Below are positions 37,011 to 47,130 of a DNA stretch of 64,000 nt, in pieces. The stretch covers positions 3,152 through 67,151 of the forward strand of contig JAJRXF010000094.1 of the NCBI GenBank assembly GCA_024276425.1. The letters run 5' to 3'. Origin of the DNA: Actinomycetes bacterium. Lineage in GTDB: Bacteria > Actinomycetota > Acidimicrobiia > Acidimicrobiales > SZUA-35. Every line of letters begins with the position of its first letter. The stretch's first letter is position 1. A program made the position numbers and the translations under genes. The notes under the pieces were generated by a model that searched no databases, had not been told where the DNA came from, and was given only the letters and a program-made list of their open reading frames with translations.

Positions 37011-38381
37011 TCATTCTGCCGCCTCCCCGAGAATCTCGGTCAGGGCTGGATGCACGAACAACGACTCGACAAGATCGGTGACGGTTAGCCCCGCCGTCAC
37101 CGCCAAGGCAATAACGGCGATGAGTTCGGCGGCATGGCGGCCCACAATGGAACCACCGAGCACCACCCCGGTGGCGGGATCGGACACGATCTTGGCGAAA
37201 CCGCGGATGTCGTTGTTGATCAGGGCCTTGGCCGACATCGAAAACGGTACTTTGGTCACCCGAACCTTGCGGCCTTCGGCAAATGCATCGACCTCAGCCA
37301 GACCAACTTCGGCGATTTCCGGGTCGGTGAATATTGCCGAGGCAGCCTTGTCGTAGTCGAGGTGGCGGTGGGGCCCAGCGTGCAGACCCATTCCATGCTC
37401 GGCAATCTTTCTTCCCTGAGTGGAAGCGACCGAGGAGAGTGGAAGTTTGCCCGAGAGATCCCCGGCAACATAGATGTTGGGGACCGATGATTTCAGGTTG
37501 TGATCGACCTTGACGTAGCCACGTTCGCTCTCTACCCCCACCTCGTCGAGACCAAGATTCTCCGAGTTTGGCATTGAGCCGATAGCGAGCAGCACGTGAG
37601 TGCCCGTCAGAACGCGCCCGTCGTCGCACCTCACGGTGACTTGTGAGTCGCTCGTCTCAATACTCTGAGCTCTGGCCCCCATTACTAGCCTTACCCCCCG
37701 ATCAAGGAAGCTCTGCTCCAGGACCTTGGCCACCTCCGGATCTTTACCAGGGAGTACTTGGTTCCGACTGACGACCAGGGTGACTTCGGAGCCAAAGGAG
37801 CTAAACATGTGAACGAATTCCACCCCGGTCACCCCGGAGCCAATAACAATGAGGTGCTCGGGAAGCTCTGGCGGTGGATAGGAGTGTCGGGTTGTGAGGA
37901 CACGAATTCCGTCAATGGGCGCCCATTCCGGAATCCGTGGCCTGCTACCCGTAGAGAGCACGATGATGTCGGCCTCAAGGTCCAGAGTCGAACCATCGGC
38001 ACAATCGACGGCTACGGAGTTTGTACCGGTAAGACGACCGACTCCCTCGACAAGACGCACCCCCTGGCTCTCTAACAGGCTGGAAACCGAATCTTCTAGA
38101 TGCGTCTCGATTCCCTGAATTCGTCGACGCAACGCTTCGAAATCCAATTCGACCTGAACCTTGGCCAGTCCCATCTCGGCTGCACGCTTCATCATTGACA
38201 TTGCACCCCCTGTGGCAATCATGGCCTTGGAGGGAATGCAGTCCAGCAGGTGGGCGGCTCCGCCCACTATGTCCTTCTCAATCAAGACCACCTCGGCTCC
38301 GAGTCGAGCGGCATAGGTGGCACACGTCGTGCCCCCAGGCCCTCCACCGATGATGACAAAGCGCTTGGTCTGACCAGACAT
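37011..38381 (-). CDS. lpdA: Pyridine nucleotide-disulfide oxidoreductase, LpdA (Rv3303c)-like NAD(P)H quinone reductase
   Basis: 456 aa. FAD motif IIGGGPGG. The redox-disulfide region reads GGAAHLLDCIPSK, with only one Cys in place of CxxxxC, as I recall for mycobacterial LpdA. C-terminal dimerisation domain with HP...E. Confidence 0.8.
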   Translation of the reverse strand: MSGQTKRFVIIGGGPGGTTCATYAARLGAEVVLIEKDIVGGAAHLLDCIPSKAMIATGGAMSMMKRAAEMGLAKVQVELDFEALRRRIQGIETHLEDSVSSLLESQGVRLVEGVGRLTGTNSVAVDCADGSTLDLEADIIVLSTGSRPRIPEWAPIDGIRVLTTRHSYPPPELPEHLIVIGSGVTGVEFVHMFSSFGSEVTLVVSRNQVLPGKDPEVAKVLEQSFLDRGVRLVMGARAQSIETSDSQVTVRCDDGRVLTGTHVLLAIGSMPNSENLGLDEVGVESERGYVKVDHNLKSSVPNIYVAGDLSGKLPLSSVASTQGRKIAEHGMGLHAGPHRHLDYDKAASAIFTDPEIAEVGLAEVDAFAEGRKVRVTKVPFSMSAKALINNDIRGFAKIVSDPATGVVLGGSIVGRHAAELIAVIALAVTAGLTVTDLVESLFVHPALTEILGEAAE

Positions 38382-38447
38382 AGCGGCGTATGGTAACGCC
38401 CAAGACGATCCAGAACTGGTTTCTCCGGTGCCCTGCTTAAACCCGAC

Positions 38448-39551
38448 TCAACGGGAAGCGAGGGCGAAGTAGAGTTCGGAAAGTTCCCTGACGTTGCGAT
38501 TCCAGGAGAACGTTGCCGCCTGAGCCTTGCCCTTGACCACCGCGTCCTTGCGCCAGGCCTCGTCGGTCAGGGCCCGGTTAATGGAGTGGGCCAGTGTTGA
38601 CGCCTCACCCGTAGGCACAAGCATTGCGGCCTCGCCGCAGACCTCGGGAATCGAGCCCCCGGCCACGGCCACGACCGGCAGTCCGGCGGCCATGGCCTCC
38701 AAGGGCACCAGGCCAAATCCTTCGTAGGTGGCAGCCGACACCAGCAACTCTGCCCCAGCCATCAAATCAGACTTGTCAGACTGGGTCACATAGCCAAGCT
38801 CAATCACGCGATTCTCAAGACCTCCACTGGAGATAGCCTGATCCAGGGCCCTGCGATCCCAGCCGGAACCACCAGCTATGGCCAAAACCAACTCAGGATG
38901 ATGGCTTGAAAGGGACGCGAGTGCACCCACCAGCGAGGCAAAGTTCTTACGGGGCTCAATGGTGCCGATGGCCAGTAAATAAGGTCTCTTACCAACCAAG
39001 CGCTGTCCCGCTTTGGAGTTGCCTGGTTTCTGCGGTCGAATTCCGTAGGGAACAACGTGAACCCGGCTAGCTTCCACCGGCAGAGTCGCCCGTATCTCTT
39101 GGGCCACGAAATCTGAACCGGTATGAACGTGAGCGCCTTGTTCGAGGGCTCGTTGAACCAAGGGCGGGTAGTCAAGACTGCTGGGGTGCACGAGGGTCGG
39201 GCTATGCCAGGGAGTCAAATCATGAATCGACACCAGCCTTGCTGCCCGTCGGGTAGGTGGAACGACATAGTTCGTTCCGTGCACAAGATCAACTGACCCG
39301 GTCAGCCATTCGACCGGTGGGATGGGTCCGAACCGCCAGGCTCGTCGGAGCAGGCGTGCTGGTGCTGGCCGACTTAGTTTCGTGCCACTTGGGAGTTGTT
39401 GGGAGATCGCGTCCCTTCCACGAGCGGTCATAGCCAGTCCATGAAGGGTAATCTCATTGTTGGCGGCCAACCCCCGTACAAGTTCCTCCACAAACAGGCC
39501 GATTCCCGTCTGCTGACCGCCAAGCGGTGTGACATCAAGCGCAACACGCAC
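38448..39551 (-). CDS. Glycosyltransferase family 4
   Basis: 367 aa, GTG start. GT-B/GT4 features: ...RKNFASLV..., E-x7-E region [15 protein letters not shown]. Confidence 0.85.
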   Translation of the reverse strand: MRVALDVTPLGGQQTGIGLFVEELVRGLAANNEITLHGLAMTARGRDAISQQLPSGTKLSRPAPARLLRRAWRFGPIPPVEWLTGSVDLVHGTNYVVPPTRRAARLVSIHDLTPWHSPTLVHPSSLDYPPLVQRALEQGAHVHTGSDFVAQEIRATLPVEASRVHVVPYGIRPQKPGNSKAGQRLVGKRPYLLAIGTIEPRKNFASLVGALASLSSHHPELVLAIAGGSGWDRRALDQAISSGGLENRVIELGYVTQSDKSDLMAGAELLVSAATYEGFGLVPLEAMAAGLPVVAVAGGSIPEVCGEAAMLVPTGEASTLAHSINRALTDEAWRKDAVVKGKAQAATFSWNRNVRELSELYFALASR

Positions 39552-39687
39552 GAGGCAAGACTATTGGGTTGGCAGCTACCCTCCTGGCAACCCACGAAAC
39601 GACACTCTGGCTCAATCCTTGTCGGAACCTCCAGATCACCTCAGACAATTCACACGATTAAGAGTTCGTCCCCTATTCTTGGGCTCC

Positions 39688-41808
39688 ATGACCATCCAAG
39701 ACTGGCAAGATGCGGCGTCCAAAGAACTGAAGGGCAAGGATCTAGCCGATCTTGTGGTTACCACCCCCGAGGGGATCCCGGTCAAGCCGCTTTACACCGC
39801 AGCCGATCTTGACAGAATCGACAACCTGGACTCCTTGCCCGGTCAGGCCCCCTTCCTTCGAGGGCCGCGGGCCACCATGTACACCAACCGGCCATGGACG
39901 GTTCGCCAATACGCCGGGTTCTCAACCGCAGAAGCCTCCAACGCGTTCTACCGCAAGAACCTGGCGGCCGGTCAGAAAGGTCTAAGCGTTGCCTTCGATC
40001 TGGCCACCCACCGCGGCTATGACTCGGACCATCCCCGAGTCGAAGGCGATGTCGGCAAAGCCGGCGTGGCCATCGATTCAGTCGAGGACATGAAGATCCT
40101 CTTCGATCAGATCCCGCTGAACGAAATGTCGGTGTCCATGACCATGAATGGTGCAGTTTTGCCAATCATGGCCTGCTACATCGTCGCCGGACAAGAGCAG
40201 GGAGCCAAGCTCGATCAACTCTCCGGCACGATTCAAAACGACATTCTCAAAGAGTTCATGGTTCGCAACACCTACATTTATCCGCCCGAACCCAGCATGC
40301 GGATCATCGCCGATATTATCTCCTATACCGCCGCCGAGATGCCCAAGTTCAACTCCATCTCGATCTCTGGCTACCACATGCTAGAGGCGGGGGCTTCTGC
40401 AGACCTCGAATTGGCCTTTACTCTGGCCGATGGCCTGGAGTACGTACGAGCAGCCCTGGCCACCGGACTCGATGTCGATGCATTTGCTGGACGCCTGAGC
40501 TTCTTCTTTGGCATCGGGATGGACATTTTCATGGAAGTTGCCAAGCTTCGGGCTGCCCGAATGCTCTGGTTCGAGCTTATGGCCCAATTCGAACCACAGA
40601 ATCCTCGCTCCTCCATGCTTCGAACCCACTGCCAAACCAGTGGTGTGTCCTTGACCGAACAAGACCCCTACAACAATGTGGTGAGAACCACGATTGAGGC
40701 CATGGCTGCGGTGCTTGGGGGTACCCAAAGCCTGCACACCAACAGTTTCGATGAAGCTCTTGGACTGCCAACGGACTTCAGTGCTCGAATTGCCCGCAAC
40801 ACCCAACTCATATTGGCCGAAGAAGCTGGTATTACCAGAACGGTGGATCCTTTGGCTGGCAGCTATTACGTCGAATCGCTCACCAATGACCTGGCCAACC
40901 GGGCCCGCAGCATCATGGCCGAAATCGAGGATCTGGGAGGCATGACCAAGGCCATCAACTCCGGCATGCCCAAGCTGCGAATCGAAGAATCTGCGGCCAG
41001 GCGCCAGGCGAGAATTGACCGGGGCGAAGAGGTGGTCGTTGGTGTCAACAAATACACCGTCGATGAACCGGCCCTAATCGATGTTCTTGACATCGATGGC
41101 TCGGTTCGAGATTCTCAAATTGCCAGACTGGCTTCGATTCGAGCGAGCAGGGACCAGGCGGCTTGCGATTCCGCCCTGGCGGCCCTCACTGAAGCTGCCA
41201 GAACGAAGGACAACCTCCTGTCAGCCTGTGTTGAGGCGAGCCGAGCCCGAGCAACTGTGGGCGAGATGTCCGACGCAATGGAAGTGGTCTTTGGCCGCCA
41301 CCAGGCAAAGACCCGTACCATCACGGGAGTGTACGGAGCTGCCTATAAGGGTGACGAGCACTTCTCCAGCATCGTCGCCGACGTAGAACAATTTGCCGCT
41401 GAGCATGGGCGTCGACCCCGGATCTTGGTGGCCAAGATGGGCCAAGATGGTCATGACCGCGGAGCCAAGGTCATCGCCACCGCGTTTGCCGACCTGGGTT
41501 TCGACGTCGATGTTGGCCCCCTCTTTCAAACGCCGGAGGAAGTTGCCAGCGATGCGGTAGACAACGACGTTCACATCGTCGGGGTCTCAAGCCAGGCGGC
41601 CGGGCACCTCACTTTGGTCCCGCGACTTATCCAAGAGTTAGCCAAGGCAGGAGCCGACCGCGTCATTGTGGTTTGCGGTGGCGTCATTCCCCCCCAGGAC
41701 TATCAGGCTTTACACCAAGCTGGCGTCGGCGCCATCTTTGGTCCCGGGACCAACATCCCCGAGGCTGCGGCCGACGTTTTGCGACTAGTCCGAGATGCGG
41801 CGACGTAG
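39688..41808 (+). CDS. mutB: Methylmalonyl-CoA mutase, single-chain large subunit with C-terminal B12-binding domain
   Basis: ATG 39688 gives 706 aa. [47 protein letters not shown] is an MCM-type Tyr/Arg substrate pocket. B12 motif [11 protein letters not shown]. No MutA-like small subunit nearby. Confidence 0.92.
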   Translation: MTIQDWQDAASKELKGKDLADLVVTTPEGIPVKPLYTAADLDRIDNLDSLPGQAPFLRGPRATMYTNRPWTVRQYAGFSTAEASNAFYRKNLAAGQKGLSVAFDLATHRGYDSDHPRVEGDVGKAGVAIDSVEDMKILFDQIPLNEMSVSMTMNGAVLPIMACYIVAGQEQGAKLDQLSGTIQNDILKEFMVRNTYIYPPEPSMRIIADIISYTAAEMPKFNSISISGYHMLEAGASADLELAFTLADGLEYVRAALATGLDVDAFAGRLSFFFGIGMDIFMEVAKLRAARMLWFELMAQFEPQNPRSSMLRTHCQTSGVSLTEQDPYNNVVRTTIEAMAAVLGGTQSLHTNSFDEALGLPTDFSARIARNTQLILAEEAGITRTVDPLAGSYYVESLTNDLANRARSIMAEIEDLGGMTKAINSGMPKLRIEESAARRQARIDRGEEVVVGVNKYTVDEPALIDVLDIDGSVRDSQIARLASIRASRDQAACDSALAALTEAARTKDNLLSACVEASRARATVGEMSDAMEVVFGRHQAKTRTITGVYGAAYKGDEHFSSIVADVEQFAAEHGRRPRILVAKMGQDGHDRGAKVIATAFADLGFDVDVGPLFQTPEEVASDAVDNDVHIVGVSSQAAGHLTLVPRLIQELAKAGADRVIVVCGGVIPPQDYQALHQAGVGAIFGPGTNIPEAAADVLRLVRDAAT

Positions 41809-41910
41809 CAGGCGTCCCATACCAAAGTTGGCCGTATCTAGGTCGTTCCTCGCAATCGCATGAGCCCACTGAGGAGGTGTACGCGCTAGCGTTGCAGCTT
41901 CGGCTCAGGC

Positions 41911-41957
41911 TGGGAATCGTGGAGACTGGGCATCGTGGAGTTGGGCATAGTGGAGAC
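41911..41957. repeat. Three imperfect 15-16-bp direct repeats (TGGGMATMGTGGAGA) upstream of wzm
   Basis: Read directly: TGGGAATCGTGGAGAC / TGGGCATCGTGGAGT / TGGGCATAGTGGAGAC. Ends 16 nt before the proposed GTG start of wzm. Confidence 0.8.
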
Positions 41958-41972
41958 AGTGAAGGAATCGAC

Positions 41973-42794
41973 GTGACCGCTCTTCAGAGCGAGGCCCGGA
42001 CCTTTGGTCCCCTCATCTTGAATTTCGCTCAACGGGAGATGAAGGCTCGCTACAAGCGGAGTATTTTGGGCTGGCTTTGGTCGTTGATCAATCCCGCCGC
42101 CGTTGTCCTAATCTACAGCCTGGTTTTTGGTGTTTTTCTTCGAAGTCAGCCACCGGCGACGGCCAATGGAAAGGCCGACAAGTTTGCGCTTTATCTCTTC
42201 ACTGGCCTGATAGTTTGGAACCTCTTTTCCCAAATAGTGAACGGCTCCATGGACTGGCTCGCCGGAGTACAAGACCTGCGAAAAAAGGTGTATTTCCCGA
42301 CCGAAACCGCAATCATGGGCGCCGCCCTGGCCACGGCGGTGCAGACCCTGTTTGAGGTGTCCATCTTGCTCATCATCATGGCCTTTTTCGGCAATGTTAG
42401 CTGGACCTTCCTGCTCTTTCCCCTGGTTCTCATTGGTGCCGGATTGTTCGCACTTGGACTTGGATTTGTTATAGCCATTCTCAACACTCGCTTTCGAGAT
42501 GTTCGGCATCTGGTAGGAATCTTGATGAGCCTCGGTTTCTTTATGGTGCCGATCATTTATCCATTCTCGCTGCTTCAACAAGACGATCTTTCAACCTATG
42601 GGTTGCCAGCAGAACAAATCGTCAGGTGGAACCCGGTGAGTCAGTTTGTTGGGGCAGCACACGACCTGGTGTATTTCCTCCAACTTCCCTCACCGGGACG
42701 AACGTTGGCCATGTTTGCCTATGCCACCATCACCCCGGCCCTTGGTTTGGCCTACTTCCGCTCGCGTTCCATGGCCATTAGTGAGGAGTTGTAG
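41973..42794 (+). CDS. wzm: Polysaccharide ABC exporter permease (ABC-2, Wzm/TagG type)
   Basis: GTG 41973 is preceded by GAAGGAA. (M)TALQSEARTFGPLILNFAQREMKARYKRSILGWLWSLINP is a typical Wzm start. 6 TM. The upstream part of the 373-aa track ORF overlaps the mutB 3' end. Confidence 0.85.
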   Translation: MTALQSEARTFGPLILNFAQREMKARYKRSILGWLWSLINPAAVVLIYSLVFGVFLRSQPPATANGKADKFALYLFTGLIVWNLFSQIVNGSMDWLAGVQDLRKKVYFPTETAIMGAALATAVQTLFEVSILLIIMAFFGNVSWTFLLFPLVLIGAGLFALGLGFVIAILNTRFRDVRHLVGILMSLGFFMVPIIYPFSLLQQDDLSTYGLPAEQIVRWNPVSQFVGAAHDLVYFLQLPSPGRTLAMFAYATITPALGLAYFRSRSMAISEEL

Positions 42795-44210
42795 ATGTCA
42801 TCCAACTCCAAGGGGCGACCGGCGGCCAAGACTGCTATCTCGATTCAGGGCGTTTCCAAGAGATTTGTTCTCCAATCCAACCGGGCCTCCTCAATCAAGG
42901 AGGCACTTCTCCGCCGTAGCGGAACCCAGAGTGAGGAGTTCTGGGCCCTTCAGAATGTTTCCTTCGATATTCCCAAGGGGTCGTTCTTCGGCATCATTGG
43001 GCACAATGGCTCGGGCAAATCAACCCTGCTGCGACTCATTGCTGGAATCCACAAGCCAACCTCGGGGACAATCAGGACCAGTGGACGAATTTCGGCTCTA
43101 CTCGAGCTGGGTTCAGGTTTTCATCCCGATCTCACCGGTAGGGAAAACATCTATCTCAACGGCGCCATGCTCGGCCTACGCAAGCAGCAAATGGCTGCCG
43201 CGGTAAACGAAATCATCGACTTCAGCGGAATCGGCAGTTTCATTGACTCACCAGTCAAGGTCTATTCCAGCGGTATGCATGTTCGGCTGGGTTTTGCCAT
43301 CGCGGTCCATGTCAAACCCGAGATTCTTCTGGTTGATGAAGTTCTGGCTGTCGGTGACGAAGAGTTCCAACGAAAGTGTTTGGATCACATCCACACACTA
43401 CGTCGACAAGGCGTGACCATTGTCCTGGTGGCTCACTCTCCTCAACTCATGCAAACCATGTGTGACGAGGTTGCCTGGTTGGACCATGGAGAACTCCAGG
43501 TCGTCGGCGATCCCTCCGACGCGGTCGGCGGCTACATCCGGCGAGTGAACACCCAAGAGAACGCCAGACTCAGCAAGGAACAGGCTCAGGACCGAGCGGC
43601 TGAGGACGCGATCAGGACGGCCGAGGCGGCAGCCGCCAAGGACTCAGAACGAGACTCAACCGAGTCCTCGACCTCGCCAACCTCACCCGAGGGTGACTCG
43701 GACCAGTCGCTGAAGGACGGCCAGGCCCAGGAGCCCATCCAAGACGCCATCGACTCGGACCGTCGTGGCTCTGGTGAGATACGGGTGCTTCACCTCCAAT
43801 ACCTTGACGGCCATGGTCAGCCAACTGCGGTTGGAAGCAGCGGCGATCCGTTGACTATCCGCATCTGGTACGAGGCGACGAGCACCATCGAAAGACCAAC
43901 CTTTGGACTAGGAATTTACCATGAACACGGCCTTCACGTTGCCGCCATCGATGACAAAACCTTCGGGGTTACCCAACCCATTGTTGAGATCGGAACGGGC
44001 TACGTCGAGATCAAAATCGACCGGCTGATCCTCCTAGCCGGAACCTACTATTTGACAACGGGCGTCTATAGCCAAACGCAAATGCACTGTTATGACTCGT
44101 GGCACCTGGCTCACAAACTGGTCGTTCAACCCGGCTCGTCTAACCAGTACAACGCACTGGTTGAACTCCAGGCCCAGTTCTTCCCCGCGACCTCAGCAGA
44201 ACTCAGCTAG
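42795..44210 (+). CDS. wzt: Polysaccharide ABC exporter ATP-binding protein with a C-terminal Wzt_C-like carbohydrate-binding domain
   Basis: 471 aa with GAGGAG SD. NBD: GHNGSGKST, YSSGMHVRL, ILLVDEVLAVGD. ~85-aa acidic low-complexity linker. C-terminal ~140 aa: GSGEIRVLHLQYLDGHGQ...GDPLTIRIWYE...LLAGTYYLTTGVYS. Confidence 0.88.
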   Translation: MSSNSKGRPAAKTAISIQGVSKRFVLQSNRASSIKEALLRRSGTQSEEFWALQNVSFDIPKGSFFGIIGHNGSGKSTLLRLIAGIHKPTSGTIRTSGRISALLELGSGFHPDLTGRENIYLNGAMLGLRKQQMAAAVNEIIDFSGIGSFIDSPVKVYSSGMHVRLGFAIAVHVKPEILLVDEVLAVGDEEFQRKCLDHIHTLRRQGVTIVLVAHSPQLMQTMCDEVAWLDHGELQVVGDPSDAVGGYIRRVNTQENARLSKEQAQDRAAEDAIRTAEAAAAKDSERDSTESSTSPTSPEGDSDQSLKDGQAQEPIQDAIDSDRRGSGEIRVLHLQYLDGHGQPTAVGSSGDPLTIRIWYEATSTIERPTFGLGIYHEHGLHVAAIDDKTFGVTQPIVEIGTGYVEIKIDRLILLAGTYYLTTGVYSQTQMHCYDSWHLAHKLVVQPGSSNQYNALVELQAQFFPATSAELS

Positions 44211-44240
44211 GCAGCGCTCATTCAGGTAGGCAGAGTTCAC

Positions 44241-45920
44241 TCAAGATTGCACAAAATCTGGCCATGACCGGTTGGGGTAGCTAGCGCCGCCACTGAGTTC
44301 TTTGCGGGCCGTTAGAGCGGCCGGTGGTGGAATCTCTTCGACCGCCACTCCAACAAGATTGGGGTTATCCCAAGGGTCCTCATGGAGCAGCGTGTTCCAT
44401 CGTTGGAGAATGAACTCATGCTCCCACGCTTCGATTCCCTTTGGGCGACTGGATGTCTCAAGATGAACAAGGCGCGTTCGATTGTCCAGCACGTTCCGAT
44501 ACCCCGCATTGATGAGCTTGAGGCAAAGGTCCACATCATTGAAGTTCAATGGTAGATGGGTGCAAAAGCCCCCAATCTCATCAAAGACTTCCCGGCGAAT
44601 GGTTAAACAAGCCGCGGTCACAATCGAACAGTTCATGGTTAATCCGAGGGCATTGAATGAACCCCCGATGGTGGAGTGATAGCCGTGATAGCGGTGACTC
44701 GGGCCTCCGAGGCGGGAGAAAACCCCCGCATGCTGGATCCGACCGTCTGGATACTCAAGGCAACAGCCAACCGCTCCAACCCCCTCCAGGGAACTCCAAA
44801 GGACCATTCGTTCGATCCAGTCGGGAGTGATGACCTCGGTGTCATCGTTCAGGAAGATCAGGTGATCTCCGGCGGCGTGGCTGGCACCAAGGTTGTTCGA
44901 ATCGGAGAAACTGAAGGGCCGAGTGTCCTGTACAACTCGGACGCGACCCTGGCCGGCCTGGCGGATGTCTTCTACCAACTCGGGCGTGCTCGTGCGATCG
45001 ACGACGACGAGAATCTCAAAGTTCGGATACGTGGAGTTCTGGATGAGGGACTCGATGGCATTGGTGGGCAAGACCAAGTCCTCGCCACGCACGATCCGAC
45101 GAGTCCCACCGGTGAGCATGATGATGCTTACCAGTGGAAAGTGGCGAAAAGAGGGACTAATGCTCACGACTCCGACCCGAGCGTGATCACGCTGGGCTAG
45201 AGCCGGAATGCCCAGCCGGTCAAGCTGACTCTGGACTGCCCGCACGCCAGCCTCGAAAGCCCAATCTTTGTTGGCCGGATCCGCGGCCGTCGATGTCGAC
45301 GATTGCCGCCAATGGTAGAGCACCTGAGGCACGTGGGTGACCCTTCTAGCTCGTTCGGTCACCCGCAAGGCAAGGTCATGGTCCTGTGCGCCATCAAAAC
45401 CGGGACGCAAGTTGCCAACCTCTTCGACGAGGGAGCGTCGATAGGCACAGAGATGCCCAAGGTACATCTGGCCGCGAAGCCGTTCCGGAGACCATGCCGG
45501 TTTGTGAAAGGGATCTACCCGGCGACCATCCCGGTTGAGTTTGTCCTCATCGCTATAAACAACATCGACGTCCTCGCTGGCCTCCACCGCATGGCGGAAG
45601 GTTCTGAGCGCGTGGGAAGCCAACACGTCGTCATTGTCGAGGAAGGTCACAAACTCTCCCGTGGCGAGGGAGAGACCATCGTTGGTGGCCGCCACAATTC
45701 CGCCCTGTTGGGTGCGACGATGAACCCGGATTTGGGAGGACCGATTCTCAAACTCGTCCACGATCGCTTCGATGACATCGGCTTGGGACCCGTCAAGAAC
45801 AAGAATTAGCTGCCAACTTGTTTCACCCTGCCCAATAACCGACTGGATGGCTTCCCGAAGCTGCCCAGGATCGGGGTGCCAGATGGGAACAATGACGGAA
45901 AACAGTGGGTTTGTCATCAT
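44241..45920 (-). CDS. Dual-domain family-2 glycosyltransferase
   Basis: The ATG at 45920 forms an ATGA overlap with the methyltransferase stop. Domain 1: FSVIVPIWHP...FLDNDD...YSDEDK. Domain 2: VSIIMLTGG...FLNDDTEV. The track ORF (to 45974) carries 18 extra codons. Confidence 0.86.
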   Translation of the reverse strand: MMTNPLFSVIVPIWHPDPGQLREAIQSVIGQGETSWQLILVLDGSQADVIEAIVDEFENRSSQIRVHRRTQQGGIVAATNDGLSLATGEFVTFLDNDDVLASHALRTFRHAVEASEDVDVVYSDEDKLNRDGRRVDPFHKPAWSPERLRGQMYLGHLCAYRRSLVEEVGNLRPGFDGAQDHDLALRVTERARRVTHVPQVLYHWRQSSTSTAADPANKDWAFEAGVRAVQSQLDRLGIPALAQRDHARVGVVSISPSFRHFPLVSIIMLTGGTRRIVRGEDLVLPTNAIESLIQNSTYPNFEILVVVDRTSTPELVEDIRQAGQGRVRVVQDTRPFSFSDSNNLGASHAAGDHLIFLNDDTEVITPDWIERMVLWSSLEGVGAVGCCLEYPDGRIQHAGVFSRLGGPSHRYHGYHSTIGGSFNALGLTMNCSIVTAACLTIRREVFDEIGGFCTHLPLNFNDVDLCLKLINAGYRNVLDNRTRLVHLETSSRPKGIEAWEHEFILQRWNTLLHEDPWDNPNLVGVAVEEIPPPAALTARKELSGGASYPNRSWPDFVQS

Positions 45921-47023
45921 CGTCGTCCCCGTAGCCATCGGTAAGGGCCGAGCGCTCTCCAGATGAGTTTCCATGAATTGGACTCTTCGATCGCCCGGAG
46001 TCGTTCCTTGGCCTGTTGACCAGACTGATAGTCCACCTGGAGGGCAAGCTCATCCCATTGTGCCTGATGAGTCTGAGCTGCAGCGAGACGATGCTCAAGA
46101 TCACGGACCTTGGCCGACAAAACGCCCCGTTCGGCCTCGGCGCCAGCGGCAGCGTCGCGGGCCAGACGAAGCGCTTCTTCGGCCTTGACTGCTCGGGCTG
46201 TTACTCCCTCAAGCAACGAGCTTGACTGGGCCTCGGAGAGATCCCCATCAGCCTTGGAGAACTGAACCAACTCCTGGCGCAGCATGAGTGCCTCGTTTCG
46301 GTACCGCCACTCGCTGCGCTCGTACCCATGAACCAGTTGCCGTTTGCTGGGATCGGCTTTGACAAAGAGTGCCGCCCAGTTTGTGAGGTACGAGGCGTCA
46401 TAGTCGAGGTCTCGGTAGAACCCGAAGTCAGCCATGATTTGGGCCCAGTATTCTGGCGGCTGCACATTGAAATGAGTCACCTCGTCATGGTCAAAAGGCG
46501 TTGTTGACAGCAGGATCCGGTCGCTGGCCTCCGTCATGTGTTTGAGCGCCATGCGGCCCTCGCTTGCGCTCATGTGTTCAATGACTTCAATCGAGGTGAT
46601 GAGGTCGAACCGGGCGTGTATTGGCTCAGCGGCCGATACCACTTGGCAATAGCCCTTGGCCGACCCTTCTGCCATGGAGATGGCATAGCTGGAGATGTCG
46701 GTGCCCCTGGCGTCGATTCCCCGATCACGCAACGCCTCAACCAACAACCCGTATGCACAGCCGACATCCAGAACCGACGTAGGGTCGAGATCTTGCTGGA
46801 TTCGTTCGGCTAGTCGCCGAAAGAACCCCAACCAATGGTCGTCTCTGCCATAGGGAATGTCGACCCCACTTGCGTAAGTAGCGTAGTACTGCTCGTCATA
46901 GAGGTCGGCCGTCGCCATGGACTCTGCCGTGGGAGCGGTCCCGGTCACACCAGGCACGGGCCGGGTAGAAGCAGCCGGAGACGAGTCGGATGTTACAGCT
47001 GGCTGGGATTCAGAATCGGACAC
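45917..47023 (-). CDS. Class I SAM-dependent methyltransferase fused to a C-terminal coiled coil and basic amphipathic tail (WbdD-like chain-terminator candidate)
   Basis: 368 aa. SAM motif I VLDVGCAYG. Residues ~245-345 are heptad-rich (LRQELVQFSK...RDLEHRLAAAQTHQAQWDELALQ...). The tail is NSWKLIWRALGPYRWLRGRR. Confidence 0.85.
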   Translation of the reverse strand: MSDSESQPAVTSDSSPAASTRPVPGVTGTAPTAESMATADLYDEQYYATYASGVDIPYGRDDHWLGFFRRLAERIQQDLDPTSVLDVGCAYGLLVEALRDRGIDARGTDISSYAISMAEGSAKGYCQVVSAAEPIHARFDLITSIEVIEHMSASEGRMALKHMTEASDRILLSTTPFDHDEVTHFNVQPPEYWAQIMADFGFYRDLDYDASYLTNWAALFVKADPSKRQLVHGYERSEWRYRNEALMLRQELVQFSKADGDLSEAQSSSLLEGVTARAVKAEEALRLARDAAAGAEAERGVLSAKVRDLEHRLAAAQTHQAQWDELALQVDYQSGQQAKERLRAIEESNSWKLIWRALGPYRWLRGRR

Positions 47024-47130
47024 GCCCCGAAAGATAGTGGCTTAGATCCAACAACTGGCGGTTGGTCACGCCCCAGACCGAGCAATCCGAGGCCTGGTTA
47101 GTGGGGTGTTCACCGCTAGTCTTGGCCATC

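Noticed and set aside
39552-39687. Searched the mutB upstream region for a cobalamin riboswitch. Noted an imperfect palindrome, GGGTTGGCA at 39566..39574 paired with TGGCAACCC at 39585..39593.
   Set aside because: I could not recognise a B12-box or the riboswitch architecture. The palindrome has 8/9 matches around a 10-nt spacer and is too weak to call on its own.
41673-41972. N-terminal 100 codons of the 373-aa ORF containing wzm.
   Set aside because: This part overlaps the mutB 3' end and the 15-bp repeat region. The conserved Wzm N-terminus begins at GTG 41973, which has a GAAGGAA ribosome-binding site.
41973-47023. Glycan cassette between mutB and meaB considered as a genomic island or mobile element.
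   Set aside because: I found no integrase, transposase, tRNA target or flanking direct repeats. Only the unusual placement and a locally lower GC are reported, as a finding.
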